A DNA stretch of 63,971 nucleotides, the filler included, from Octopus bimaculoides (taxonomy: Eukaryota), in assembly GCF_001194135.2 (NCBI RefSeq). It is 3 parts of 3 records of this genome, joined end to end, with 100 filler letters (N's around TTAATTAATTAA, not from the genome) between each part and the next. Parts side by side here need not be neighbours in the genome. Positions count along the whole stretch, not along the records: positions 29,108 to 42,024 come from NC_068987.1; positions 42,125 to 63,971 come from NC_068988.1; 1 more part is not named here. One strand, given 5' to 3'. The position numbers and the translations under genes were made by a program. Every line of letters begins with the position of its first letter. The stretch's first letter is position 1. The notes beneath the pieces are model-generated. The model worked only from the letters and a program-made list of their open reading frames with translations, ran no database searches and had not been told where the DNA came from. Below are positions 38,540-52,065 of this stretch, one piece after another.

Positions 38540-39730
38540 GGATCTTTTCCTTTTGGCCGGCACATAGAAAAAATAATTTTTTGTAAGTAAACACTTTCAT
38601 ATTTCGTNNNNNNNNNNNNNNNNNNNNNNNNNNNNNNNNNNNNNNNNNNNNNNNNNNNNNNNNNNNNNNNNNNNNNNNNNNNNNNNNNNNNNNNNNNNNN
38701 NNNNNNNNNNNNNNNNNNNNNNNNNNNNNNNNNNNNNNNNNNNNNNNNNNNNNNNNNNNNNNNNNNNNNNNNNNNNNNNNNNNNNNNNNNNNNNNNNNNN
38801 NNNNNNNNNNNNNNNNNNNNNNNNNNNNNNNNNNNNNNNNNNNNNNNNNNNNNNNNNNNNNNNNNNNNNNNNNNNNNNNNNNNNNNNNNNNNNNNNNNNN
38901 NNNNNNNNNNNNNNNNNNNNNNNNNNNNNNNNNNNNNNNNNNNNNNNNNNNNNNNNNNNNNNNNNNNNNNNNNNNNNNNNNNNNNNNNNNNNNNNNNNNN
39001 NNNNNNNNNNNNNNNNNNNNNNNNNNNNNNNNNNNNNNNNNNNNNNNNNNNNNNNNNNNNTAACCATAACCCTAACCCTAACTCTAAAACCCTAACCCTA
39101 ACCCTAACTTTAAAACCCTAACCCTAACCTAACCCTAAAACCCTAATCCTAACCCTAACTCTAAAACCCTAACCCTGACCCTAAAGCCCTAACCCTAACT
39201 CTAAAACCCGAACCCTAAAGCTAAAACCAGTACAAACGCACGAACGATGTCATAAATAAAAGTGACAAACGAAATATTTACCGCCGATAGTTTTTGTTGA
39301 CAAACAACGGCAGTAATTTTATTCAAGGGAAAATATCCCAAAATAGGCAATTTCGAAAACGCTAAAACAAAACGAAAATACTTCCACAAACAAAATAAAT
39401 TGAAAATTTTTTTAAATATCTAATAACTGAATTGATTAAACTATATACACGTGTATCTCAAATGTAAGTATATCAGAAATAACAGTGACAAGGAACATTT
39501 ACAGCGCCAGAACGTCTTGTTGACAAACCACAGCAGTAATTGTTTTCACTTCAAGATACGTCATTGATTGGTTGAAATTACCGAAATATGACCACTTTAA
39601 CACGAAATAACTTCGAAAATGAAGAATTTTCTTAAAAATGCCAAGAGTAAATGATGTTTTAAATGATACATTCTACCAGTATACGAAATTTGAAAGTGTT
39701 TAGTTACAAAAAAAAAAAAGGAAAAGATCC
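38540..39730. mobile_element. Merlin-like non-autonomous TIR DNA transposon nested in Tx1 ORF1
   Basis: TIRs GGATCTTTTCC..TTTTGTAA(G/C)TAAACACTTTCA(T/A)ATTTCGT; 8-bp TSD CTCAAAAC (38532-39) / CTCAAAAT (39731-38). Superfamily inferred from 5'-GG termini plus 8-bp TSD. Confidence 0.75.
39061..39228 (-). repeat. Degenerate telomere-like (CCCTAA)n array inside the TIR element
   Basis: About 20-bp higher-order unit ACCCTAACCCTAACTCTAAA. Confidence 0.9.
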
Positions 39731-42024
39731 CTCAAAATATCATAGAGACCACACAAAAGAGAACAATAGTGTACAAATTTATAAACGCAAAAAGACGCAG
39801 ACCAGAACAAGCACCCCAAGAACTCATAGAAAAATGTTTGCGCCCGATATGGGCTTTTAAGAATTATGTAAACTGGTGGAACAAATATATCACAATACAG
39901 GTTCGCTTCGACAGCGAAGAAAAAAAGCGAAAGAGCCTTCGACACTCACCCTACAGTTGGAAAAACTGATTTTAATTCCGACCTACTTTGGTCAACGTGT
40001 GACCAAAGTTTCGATCAAGAATGTCCCTCCTGAGGTAGAGTCACAATGGCTTTTATCCGCCATTTGCTACAACATGGAAGAGAACATCAACATCCTCGAG
40101 TTTGCTACTTTGCAGCAACAGAACTGGTCGGGAAAAACGATTCAGTAATTGTTGCAAATTAATAGCATCCCACACCAAATTGAGCTGCCATGCGGCCATA
40201 ATCTCTACGTAGTGGTAGAAGGTAGGAGGCCTCGCTGTTACTTGTGTGGCAGCGAAGAGTACCACAGAACTGACTGCCCAACAGCCAAAAAAATCAACAA
40301 AAACAAGAAAAAGAACAACAACCACAACAAGGAAAAGTACAAGGAAAAAAAGAACCCTTACTACCCACACCACCATCAACACAGAGGACAAGCAAAGGGA
40401 GTAAAACCAAAGGAACACACCAACCAAATCCACCAACACCAACAAATGACCATACAACAGCATCTGAAAAAACACCAACAACAGCAAGAACTAAAGAAAC
40501 AGTAAAACCAAAAGACAATACAAAAACTGATTCCCCTTCCCCCACATCACATGCACCACAACCAGAGACTCAACAACCAATAACAACGAAAACAACAACA
40601 CAACCACTTACAGAAACAAACACAGAATCATACGACATGCCTCTACCCCCTTCCGATTCCTTAGAAATTTCGTCGGAAGGCGAAAGCAATGAGGAATGGC
40701 AAATAGCCAGAAAAGGAAGGAGGAAAAGGAGCAAAAAGCGAAGCAAACCCAATGCAAACGCGAACAAAGCAGGCAGAGATACATCTCCCGAAGACATCTC
40801 GAAACCTACCACAAACAACATCAACACAACAAAAATACATACAAGAAATATGCTCACAGCAATAGACACAAGAAACACAGAGTTGAAACACATCAACACA
40901 AAAACAAATATTACAGAAAACAACATTAAAACGAGCAACTACTCGTACACAACACCACTAGAACACATCAAAATTTACCACATTTCACCAACATTGCACC
41001 GCACACTAAAATTCCTCTACCCAATGCAGTAGGGGAATGTCAAAAGCATTTATCAAAAAAACTGTATAATAGCCTCCTTGGTGAAAAATCAAAGGAGGAA
41101 ACTGAACTTTCGAACGGTAAGTAACACTCTGTTCCTTTCATTTGTGTTTTAAAGCACACAAGTCAATGGGATCATGGTCAAGATTGGTTGTGTGAATGCG
41201 CGTGGCTTGGGGGTCCCCTTGGAAACAAAGGTGCCTCTTAAATGACATAAATTCACACGATTTGGGGAATCATAGCCATAAGTGAGACCAGACTCCATGA
41301 GCCACGGGCCCTAAAGTGCATGTTTAGCGGACATTTTAAAATTTATTTTTCTTCCTGTCTGCCGAGGATGGGCGGTAGTAGCACGGTGGTTCTTTTTCGC
41401 AAGAGTTTGGATCTCGAAGTCAAGACTATATTCGTAGACCCGGAGGGTAGACTGGTTGTCCTTGATGTCGACGGCAGCAATGGGTGCGCTTTTCGACTCC
41501 TAGCAGTCTATGTACCACCTTCAACAGGTCGGCCGGATTTCTTTCGATGTCTAGAAGTATTCCTGGGAACGTCTCGTCCTTTACTTTTAGTGGGGGATTG
41601 GAATGCTACTTTGGATATGCATCTAGACTACGTGGGGAGAGACAGTAATAGAAGGGGATGCAAATGCCTCAGAGACCTGCTAAGACGCTTTCAACTGTCT
41701 GACAGGTACCGACTTGACCACCCAAATGTGCCAACGTGGACATGGAGCGGCCGCATTGGGACGTCAAGATCGTATCTAGATAGGATACTGTGTAGGACAG
41801 TAGATAGGGATAGCTTAGGATGTCCACAATTCCACACAGTCAGCTACACAGATCACAAACTCGTGACGTGTACGCTAGACTTAGATAAGATACATAGGCA
41901 GGGTCCCGGTTAATGGAAACTGAACGCGTTTTCCCGTCGAGACAGGTTTTCAGAGACCGAATTAGCACGTTAGCGATGGCAGAATGCTCAAGGGACAAAT
42001 CGCCGTGTTTGGAAGGTCTGCCCT

Positions 42025-42124
42025 NNNNNNNNNNNNNNNNNNNNNNNNNNNNNNNNNNNNNNNNNNNNTTAATTAATTAANNNNNNNNNNNNNNNNNNNN
42101 NNNNNNNNNNNNNNNNNNNNNNNN
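42025..42124. other. Artificial scaffold-join spacer
   Basis: 44 N + TTAATTAATTAA + 44 N. Confidence 0.9.
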
Positions 42125-42164
42125 TTCTTTTGTGAAGGTACACATAAAAGACTTTAATGTTGAA

Positions 42165-42510
42165 CTCAAGAAATCCCGCCACGGTCGACCTTGCGTTTCA
42201 TCCCTTCGAGATCGATAAAATAAATATCAGTTGAGCTGCGTAGTCAATGTAATCGACTTTCCCGCTCCGTCGAAATTGCTGGGCTTGTGCCAAAATTTGA
42301 AATCAATGTTATTAATCTCAAAGAAAAGATAGTGAGCTGGTAGAATAGTTAGCACGCTTTACGTTCTGAGTTCAAATTCCGCCCAGGTCGTCTTTGCCAT
42401 TCATCCCTTTCAGGCTCGATAAATTAAGTACCAGTTATGTACTGGGGTCTATGTAATCGACTTACCCTATTCCTTCCGAAGGTGCTGCCCTAGCGTCAAG
42501 ATTTAAAACG
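42165..42510 (+). mobile_element. Two tandem partial SINE family A copies
   Basis: Core TTTCATCCC..TCGATAAA.TAAG/A.A.CAGTT occurs twice. Confidence 0.8.
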
Positions 42511-42996
42511 AATTTTAAACTGAATGACCGTTCAATACCTTTTTCAATGAGAACGTATTAAATTGTCCAAGAAAAAGATTGATAGCGACTTCGAAGTTTC
42601 GCCTTACTATCTGTCATCACAATATATACACGTATGTAATTCTTTCATCTGTTAGCTGTTTCAGTTATTGGTCTCTCTGAGGCTATGGAAGGAGTCACCT
42701 GTACAAGATGTCGCTCATTAGGATTGAACCTCACGAGGTCACACACACACATACACACACACACGCTAACACACACACACGCTAACACACACACACGCTC
42801 ACACACACACGCTAACACACATACTCAAGCACACACACTCACACACATACTCACCTAAGTACATATATGTATATAGAGTGATAGATACATACATACAAAT
42901 GCATGTAGGTGTGTGTGTGTGTGTGAATGTGTGTTTCTATATATATTTATATATGTGTATATATATATATATATGTGTGTGTGTGTCTGTGTGTGT

Positions 42997-43028
<32 letters not shown>

Positions 43029-43832
43029 ATCGTATGTATCTACGCATGTATGTATGTATATGTTCGTCATTATGTATGTATTTATGTATGCGTATCCACT
43101 CGCACCCATTTCCATATCCTGTCCGCTTTATACCCTTCACCAAATTCACTTCAAACCACTTTGCTTCCAATACGATGCCTTCCCGCAAACACCACCACTT
43201 AGGCACAGCAATACCCTCTAATGAAAACCAACTTACCACTACCCAGCCATCAGTAAGTATGAAAGGCACAAGAGAAACAGCTGTGATATCTACTTTGGTA
43301 CTTGGAATACTTCCGATTGTTAAATAGAAGGAACAAACAATAGATTACTGTTAATGTAAACCCAGGTTCTATTGCTAATTGCTCATTACAAAGAGTTTGT
43401 TTTGAATCTAAACACACTCAGCTTGAGTTCGTAGGATGTTAGTGGAGAATATGTTGCGCTTATTCTTGCTGTTTATCGCAACAATTCTTAAGTAATGTAG
43501 CAGCTTTATTGTCTGGTAAATTCAAGATTGGTGGTTGCTGTGGGTTTTCTACAATGCGAAATATTTATCGGATTTTTAAGGCGATGGGCGTTGATTTAAA
43601 GGAAAATTTAGCTGTTGTTTCAAGCAGTTTCATCGATCGTTTAAATGTTCCCGCTTTGAAGAAAGGCGCTTTCAAAGGAAAGAAGTTTGCATAAATATGC
43701 AATCACGTAAACACACACACACACTCTCACACACACACTCACACACACGCACACACACAATATTTGTGTGCGTACATATATGTTTCGATGTGTATATATG
43801 TGTGACTTTATAATCATAGACATATACATATA

Positions 43833-43959
43833 CAGGGTGAGCCAAAAGTAGGAGGACAGTATTTGGAATAGGTTTATGTATAGTTCATGTATAGTTGTAC
43901 GTATACGTGATCTCTAAATAAATGTTTTTTTACTGTCCACCTACTTTTGGCTCACCCTG
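43833..43959. mobile_element. 127-bp Tc1/mariner-type MITE
   Basis: 29-bp TIRs CAGGGTGAGCCAAAAGTAGG(A/T)GGACAGTA with one mismatch; TA TSD on both sides. Confidence 0.9.
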
Positions 43960-44354
43960 TATAATAATACATGCGTACATATGTGCGTGAATCAGTATAC
44001 ATATATATATATATATATANNNNNNNNNNNNNNNNNNNNNNNNNNNNNNNNNNNNNNATATATATATGTATATGTATGTATGTGTGTATGTATGTTTGTG
44101 TGTGTGTGTGTGTGTCCTTTTCCGAATTTGTGTAAATGTGAGAATAATATATCAGTTGAATAAAGCTACAACAGGTCTAATTTTCACATTTTTTTTATTA
44201 TTGTATATTAAAAAAAACAATGTGTTAAACATTAAAAAAAATATTTACTAATTTTCATAAAGTTTAATTAGCGTTTTCATACGTTCGTAGTAATCATCAG
44301 ATTTCAAAATGTATTGACTGTCTGTTGAGTTGAGTGCTTGACAACTGTAGTAAA

Positions 44355-45075
44355 ACGACTTAATGACTTTATGACTTTCTGCAGCTTAGAGTCATCTTCA
44401 AATATTTTAATGGTGCTGTGTTCAATGGAATCTGCGATGTCATTAATATAGACAATAAAAAAGAAATGGACCCAGAATAATACTCTACAGGATTCCGCTG
44501 ATGACTTTTGCTGGTCTTGAGTGGATACCATCAACCACATGCTGGGTTGTTTGTTAGTATATACCTAATCCATTGAAGTAGCTTTCCACCAACTCCAGCG
44601 TTGGATAGTTTCCTTAACAGTATATTGTGGTCGACTCTGTCAAAGGGCTTGCTGGAATCAAGGTATATGACATCAGCGTTGGAGCCCTCACTTAGTGCAT
44701 TTAAGATGTCCTCAAAGTGGTGGAGGAGCTGTGTTAGACAGTCCCTCCCACCAAGAAAACCATGCTGGTTGCAATTTAGAAGATGATTTTGTTCTAGGAA
44801 GGCTGTTATTCCTGATCTCAACACTCTCTCAAATACTTTAATGTTGTGTGAGGTGAGTGAGATTGGACGGTAGTTTACAGGGAGCAATTTATTCCCTTTT
44901 TTAAAGATAAGAACGACTGGCTGCGAGAGAAGGTTTTGAGGGATAAAACCGGCATCCAGTGATTTCCTCCAGAGATCAGCACTGTAGCAGGGAACTTGTG
45001 CGGATCCACTGCTGAATCAGGTTTGATTTCTTTTATTGCTGCTAGGATATCAGTGGCGTTGAAGGATTCGAAATA
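44355..45075 (-). mobile_element. CR1-group LINE reverse transcriptase fragment, decayed
   Basis: NYRPISLTSH..KVFERV, NQHGF, DVIYLDSSKPFDRVDHNILL, FIVYINDI, IKIFEDDSKL. Confidence 0.9.
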
Positions 45076-45154
45076 CCGACGGCAGACACTTAAAAAAATA
45101 TATTTAATCACGGATATGCGACAATTCAAAACCAGCTGTCAACGGGTGATACAT

Positions 45155-45373
45155 GTGATGACGATGACGATGATGACGATGATGACGACGGCAGTAATGA
45201 TCATGATAATCATGATGATGACGACGACGACGACGACGACAAAGACCACGACGATGTTAATGATGATGATAACGATGAAGATGACGAAGAAGATGACATC
45301 GACGATGACGGAGATGACGATAATGATGACGACGACGACGACGACGACGACGATGATGATGATGATGATGATA

Positions 45374-45417
<44 letters not shown>

Positions 45418-45460
45418 AATGATGATGATGATGATGAAGAGGATGGTAATGATGCGGAGG
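45155..45460. repeat. (GAT/GAC)n mosaic microsatellite
   Basis: Directly visible. Confidence 0.9.
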
Positions 45461-45528
45461 AGGATATATCCTGATAATTGTGGCACGATGCCAGATATAC
45501 CTGGAGAGATGTGACAGAAGACGAAGAA

Positions 45529-45591
<63 letters not shown>

Positions 45592-45700
45592 AACAACAAC
45601 AGCAGTGAACAAGCGACAGTGAAATCGCCAAATGTAAGACAATTGCCAAAAAGAAATAATCTAAGAACCATTGGATGAGAACAGAAAATTGGTTTTCCGA

Positions 45701-45767
<67 letters not shown>

Positions 45768-45859
45768 GATTGAAAGTAATAATAAATTAAGCGTACATGT
45801 AGGGTATGAGAGGGAATCATAAGAAAGTAGGAAAAATTGAAAAAAATAATGTACACACA

Positions 45860-45904
<45 letters not shown>

Positions 45905-46170
45905 NNNNNNNNNNNNNNNNNNNNNNNNNNNNNNNNNNNNNNNNNNNNNNNNNNNNNNNNNNNNNNNNNNNNNNNNNNNNNNNNNNNNNNNNNNNNNNNN
46001 NNNNNNNNNNNNNNNNNNNNNNNNNNNNNNNNNNNNNNNNNNNNNNNNNNNNNNNNNNNNNNNNNNNNNNNNNNNNNNNNNNNNNNNNNNNNNNNNNNNN
46101 NNNNNNNNNNNNNNNNNNNNNNNNNNNNNNNNNNNNNNNNNNNNNNNNNNNNNNNNNNNNNNNNNNNNNN

Positions 46171-46218
<48 letters not shown>

Positions 46219-46577
46219 GTCGTCATCCTGTTACTAGCGTCTTCTATTTTTCTTAATCGAGTTTTCTTGTTAGTGCTAGAAAATAATTAGAGGAGGGTGG
46301 TGGAAAAAAAGATAAAAAAATTTTGGTGGGTAAAAATTTTTGGTCCAAGATTATTATAAGAGAAGAAAAAAAATTAATCAGAAAATGAATAATTCAAAAC
46401 AAAATAAAAAAAAATGACGAAAGAAAAACAGCATAAATAATTAAATAATGTTCGACGTAAAATTTTGCCTTAATGGTTTCTTGCAACATACATCAACACA
46501 ATACATACATACATATTTATATATATACGTGCAGAAACCATTATATACATATACATGCATATATATGTGTATGTATG

Positions 46578-46614
<37 letters not shown>

Positions 46615-46936
46615 NNNNNNNNNNNNNNNNNNNNNNNNNNNNNNNNNNNNNNNNNNNNNNNNNNNNNNNNNNNNNNNNNNNNNNNNNNNNNNNNNNNNNN
46701 NNNNNNNNNNNNNNNNNNNNNNNNNNNNNNNNNNNNNNNNNNNNNNNNNNNNNNNNNNNNNNNNNNNNNNNNNNNNNNNNNNNNNNNNNNNNNNNNNNNN
46801 NNNNNNNNNNNNNNNNNNNNNNNNNNNNNNNNNNNNNNNNNNNNNNNNNNNNNNNNNNNNNNNNNNNNNNNNNNNNNNNNNNNNNNNNNNNNNNNNNNNN
46901 NNNNNNNNNNNNNNNNNNNNNNNNAGAGAGAGAGAG

Positions 46937-47006
<70 letters not shown>

Positions 47007-47170
47007 TTTGGATTTATGTCGTGTTAGAATAATAACTATTTCACATCACACTGATGGATTACTCAATATTATTTGTAGAGTACGTATTTATTGAAATTTT
47101 TAAGATAAGTGATATGATAGGGACTTCGAAGTCTCGGCCTGGTATCCCTCATATACATGTGTGTGTGTGC

Positions 47171-47216
<46 letters not shown>

Positions 47217-47791
47217 CTTTTTATGTATATATGTACGTACATGTAAGTACGTAAATGTATATATGTATATATATGTATGTATGTATGTGTATATGTATGT
47301 ACTCACATGTATGAATGCATGTATGTTTGTTATTCAATTTTATTTCCAGATTTGTTTCCAATGGAGGAAGAGTCGCTCTCCAACGTAGATCCAAGGACCA
47401 TTCATTGCAATTCAAAAAAAGCATCAGCAATGTACTTGTGCATGTTTGTGTATATATGTGCAATATTTGCAGTACGTGCACGTGCAGATTTGTAAGTATT
47501 TTTGTATGTCTCTATTGTCATGCATATAGTTGCATGTCCATGCATGCGTATATATGCTTAAGTGCGAAACTTCTGGAAAGATTTGCAGATTTTCGGAGTT
47601 CTATGGATGGCTTTAATCTGTAACCTTTCTTGTTTTGTTACGTCAAATTTCTCAAGATTGGTGGCAAGACGGTCTATTACATACCATTAATGCATGCAGT
47701 TCTTACTATGCACCTCGAAGACTTCCATAATTTGGAAAATGTCTTAATTTAAATAATATATAAATAAAAGGCATTTGAAACCTGACCAAAT

Positions 47792-47892
47792 GGCGCAGGA
47801 GTGGCTGTGTGGTAAGTAGCTTGCTTAACAACCACATGGTTCCAAGTTCATTCCCACTGCGTGGCATCTTGGGCAAGGCTGACCAAAGCCTT
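47792..47892 (+). mobile_element. SINE family B head, truncated
   Basis: GGCGCAGGAGTGGCTGTGTGGTAAG..CTTGGGCAAG..GACCAAAGCCTT. Confidence 0.8.
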
Positions 47893-48037
47893 ATCATGAT
47901 CATCATTGCTGTCGTCATCATCGTCATCATCATCATCGTCATCATCATCATCGTCATCATATGCTTCAACCATTGATATCTTGTTTTGAATTGTTGCGTA
48001 TCCATGATTAATTGTATTTTTTGTGTGTATGCGTCGG

Positions 48038-48218
48038 GAACAAATAGGGGCTGCAATAAGGGTGGAGCACTTGCACAAAACAGAATACTCCGGAAGGTGC
48101 TCGAAAAATAAGGGGTGTTACCTTAGTTCAATGGTAGTGAACAGCTGACACTGTAGTACATCTCCAGCGTTAGAAGCTGTGCAAAGGATATAATAATAAT
48201 AATAATAATAATATTGAT

Positions 48219-48266
<48 letters not shown>
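48038..48266 (+). mobile_element. 3' end of a second Dong/R4-like subfamily with (TAA)n tail
   Basis: EQIGAAIRVEHLHKT, then (across an apparent deletion) RILRKVLEK* (stop 48109-48111); short UTR; TAA run. Confidence 0.65.
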
Positions 48267-48269
<3 letters not shown>

Positions 48270-48482
48270 CTTTTCTACTCTAGGCACAAGGCCATACATT
48301 TTGGGGTAGGGGACCAGTCGATTATATCGACCCCAGTACGCAACTGGTACTTAATTTATCGGTCCCGAAAGATGAACGGCAAAGTCGACCTCAATGGAAT
48401 CTGAACTCAGAATGTAAAGACGGCCGAAATACCGCTAAGCATTTCCTCCACCATGCTAACGATTCTGCCAGCTCGACGTCTT
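48267..48482 (-). mobile_element. SINE family A copy, well conserved
   Basis: Full-length reverse match. Confidence 0.9.
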
Positions 48483-48485
48483 AAT

Positions 48486-48518
<33 letters not shown>

Positions 48519-49946
48519 AAGAAGAAGAAGAAGAAGAAGAAGAAGAAGAAGAAGAAGAAGAAGAAGAANNNNNNNNNNNNNNNNNNNNNNNNNNNNNNNN
48601 NNNNNNNNNNNNNNNNNNNNNNNNNNNNNNNNNNNNNNNNNNNNNNNNNNNNNNNNNNNNNNNNNNNNNNNNNNNNNNNNNNNNNNNNNNNNNNNNNNNN
48701 NNNNNNNNNNNNNNNNNNNNNNNNNNNNNNNNNNNNNNNNNNNNNNNNNNNNNNNNNNNNNNNNNNNNNNNNNNNNNNNNNNNNNNNNNNNNNNNNNNNN
48801 NNNNNNNNNNNNNNNNNNNNNNNNNNNNNNNNNNNNNNNNNNNNNNNNNNNNNNNNNNNNNNNNNNNNNNNNNNNNNNNNNNNNNNNNNNNNNNNNNNNN
48901 NNNNNNNNNNNNNNNNNNNNNNNNNNNNNNNNNNNNNNNNNNNNNNNNNNNNNNNNNNNNNNNNNNNNNNNNNNNNNNNNNNNNNNNNNNNNNNNNNNNN
49001 NNNNNNNNNNNNNNNNNNNNNNNNNNNNNNNNNNNNNNNNNNNNNNNNNNNNNNNNNNNNNNNNATATATATATATATATAATATATGCATGTGTGTACA
49101 TAACTGTATATTTGTGTTGTGTACACATATATAAACATACATTAGTTTGCGTATAAATATAAAATACATTCACGCACATGCACGCTGGCATATGAAGATA
49201 TTCAATTCTGAAAGCCACGTTCTCGTAGCTTTTTTTACTATTCTATTCTAGCTTTTTTAATTTTTTCTCCGATATAAGACACATCCGTCTTGACAATAGC
49301 AAAATGATTAATGATCGTAACCAGCGCATTATTATAGATGCTGTTACTTTTTGCAGTTCCTACAGTTCATTGTTGTTGCTATTGTTGTGAAGGCTGTTGT
49401 TCATATTATGCGTTCCTTCATATTTTTTGACAGACCGGAAAAAAAATCACCAGCGAAAAACAAAACAAGCTGAACGTCAGCTGAAATGCTATCATAGTAA
49501 AACTTTCAAAGGCATATACATGCGTAGATAATAAATATATTTATATATCAAATGCATGCATAAAACACCTATGTACATACATAGATATATATAAAACAGT
49601 ATGCGTATGTGAGCCTTTTTATAAGGATACATACTTTTTCAAAAAACAACAAAAAATACTGTAGGTAAATAGATAGCTAACTTTAGAAAGACACCAATGC
49701 ATTTCTGGATAAAAAGAATATAATGGTTGCTTTTTGTTTATTTATTTTATTTCATTTTATTTATTTTATTATTTTATTATTATTATCATTTATTTGTTTT
49801 GTTCTTTCCGTGGTTAAGTTATAAAGATTATCCAGTGCCAATCAGAAATGACAGTTCGACTGTTCAGATAGAAACCATTCTAAAACGTAAACAATTTTAA
49901 CCAGCGAAATCTTTTACTACGTATATATATATATATATATATATAT

Positions 49947-50018
<72 letters not shown>

Positions 50019-50191
50019 ATGTGTGTGTGTGTGTGTGTAACAACAGAAAACATAATGTGTGTTTGCTTATAGATATATCAATATTGATGTAAATGCGTTT
50101 GTATATATCTATGTATATCTATCTATCTACCTAACTAACCATCTATCTATTATCTATCTGCACACACACACTCACTCATACACACACATGT

Positions 50192-50240
<49 letters not shown>

Positions 50241-50312
50241 NNNNNNNNNNTAATCTGTACTGCATCAAATTTGAGAGAAAAATGTACGCACACTCACGTA
50301 CATATTTATTCA

Positions 50313-50343
<31 letters not shown>

Positions 50344-50803
50344 GCACGCACAGACAGACACCAAAACAAGTGGTTTTCATTATATTGCAGGCAAAAGTCA
50401 ATATTGAAAAATTTCTTCATAAAAAATGTAGGAGAGTGCCCAGGAACTGTCAGATGTAACTAAATATAAGTAAAACTCTACTTGCGTATATAAAGTCATG
50501 TATATGCAAGCATACGCAAACACGTACAAATACTTATATATATATATATATATATATTTACATACATGTATGGATATACATATACGTGTGTAGGTATATA
50601 TATACATATATGTATATATATGTGTGTATATATGTGTGTATATATACATACATTTATATATATATATATGTATAAATACATACATTTATATATATATTAC
50701 ATATATATACATATATACATATATGTCTATATATATACACCCGTCTGTATATATCTGTATATATGTATATAGATGTATATATATATATATATATACGTGT
50801 GTG

Positions 50804-50883
<80 letters not shown>

Positions 50884-51439
50884 AACACGCAAGAACACAT
50901 ACACAGAGATGCATATCCCCCGTGCACGTGCACCCGTGTTGGCGTGGTATGGCCGTATAGATAACAAATTCACTTAACAACTTAGATGAACCGGGTTCGA
51001 TCCTACACCATTGAGGTTTCGGGTAAATGCCATTTTCTAGAAACTTCAGTCCAACTCGAATCTTGTCCATCGGTTAGACAGAAACTGTGTTGAAGCCCTA
51101 GTCGGAGGGACCGCATCTGTAATTCAAAATGCACAGCCTCGTAACAAACTGCGTCACGCTGTTTGGACCTATGTAATGTGTTACGGGTATATGTGACTGG
51201 GAGATAGGCAGATAAAAGTTTATACAGGATCAGGTTATTCAGTTGATTAAACAAATTGATTAAATAAATTGATTAAACATATTGATTAAATAAATTGATC
51301 AACCAAGTTGTTCGTTTACAGCCGGTGGACCGCCACTTTTCGCACTCTATATATACATGCATTCATAAACTCATATTTCCATTCATATATGCATACATGC
51401 TCATAGATGCAGGCAAGGCTGTGTTGTTAAGACGTATGG

Positions 51440-51600
51440 ATGCGTGGCTCAGACGTTTGCTGACAATCAAAATTGTTCTGGGTTCAAGTCCAATGCACAG
51501 AACTCCAGACATATTTTTGTAATTATAATCTCCAGACGATTAATACTTTTTGAGTGAATTCGGTAGACGGAAATTGCCTCGAAGCCCGTCCGTCGTATAC
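51440..51600 (+). mobile_element. SINE family B copy, diverged
   Basis: GCGTGGCT..GGGTTCAAGTCC..GAGTGAATTCGGTAGACGGAAA..GAAGCCCGTC. Confidence 0.65.
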
Positions 51601-51643
51601 CTACCTACCTACCTACCAATATACGTACATACATACGTACATA

Positions 51644-51980
51644 CAGTAATCCCTCGCCATATCGCGGTTCACCTATCGCACACTCAGTAAAGCGTGGATT
51701 TTTCTGGCTAATATATGTAAATTTATATCGTGGACTCCTCACTTCATCGTGAGTTTCTTCGGCCGATAGGTATTAATATTTTTTTAGATTCTAATTATTT
51801 CTGTGGTGAAATTTTCACGCCTAAAAATTAGTAAATTGATAAATAAAAATAGAGTAAGTACTACATTGTATAACATTAATTAAAATATATCAAAAGAAAA
51901 TACGTACTGTACCGTAGATGAATAAACGAAAAATCGCACATACTGTATGGAAAACGAAATCCGGGAGGTGAGTGTGTGGT
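51644..51980 (+). mobile_element. Tigger/pogo-like terminal fragment
   Basis: TA|CAGTAATCCCTCGCCATATCGCGG end; no matching right TIR seen. Confidence 0.55.
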
Positions 51981-52065
51981 ATTGTTTTGCTTTTACAATA
52001 AAATCAATATATACAAATTATATAAATAATGAAAAAAATATTGAGTACAGCACTGTTCCTACAAA

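Larger units (their letters stand above)
38100..42024 (+). mobile_element. L1/Tx1-clade LINE 5' half (ORF1 + APE endonuclease), disrupted
   Basis: ORF1 has a Thr-rich N-terminus, SNFAETLK and knuckle RCYLCGSEEYHRTDC; ORF2 from 41174 reads KIGCVNARGL, ISETRL, LVGDWNA, SYLDRI, TDHK, GPG*WKLN; cut by the join marker. Confidence 0.9.

Noticed and set aside
29416-39228. Telomere fusion or chromosome end
   Set aside because: The arrays are short, degenerate, 9.5 kb apart, and one lies inside a TIR element.
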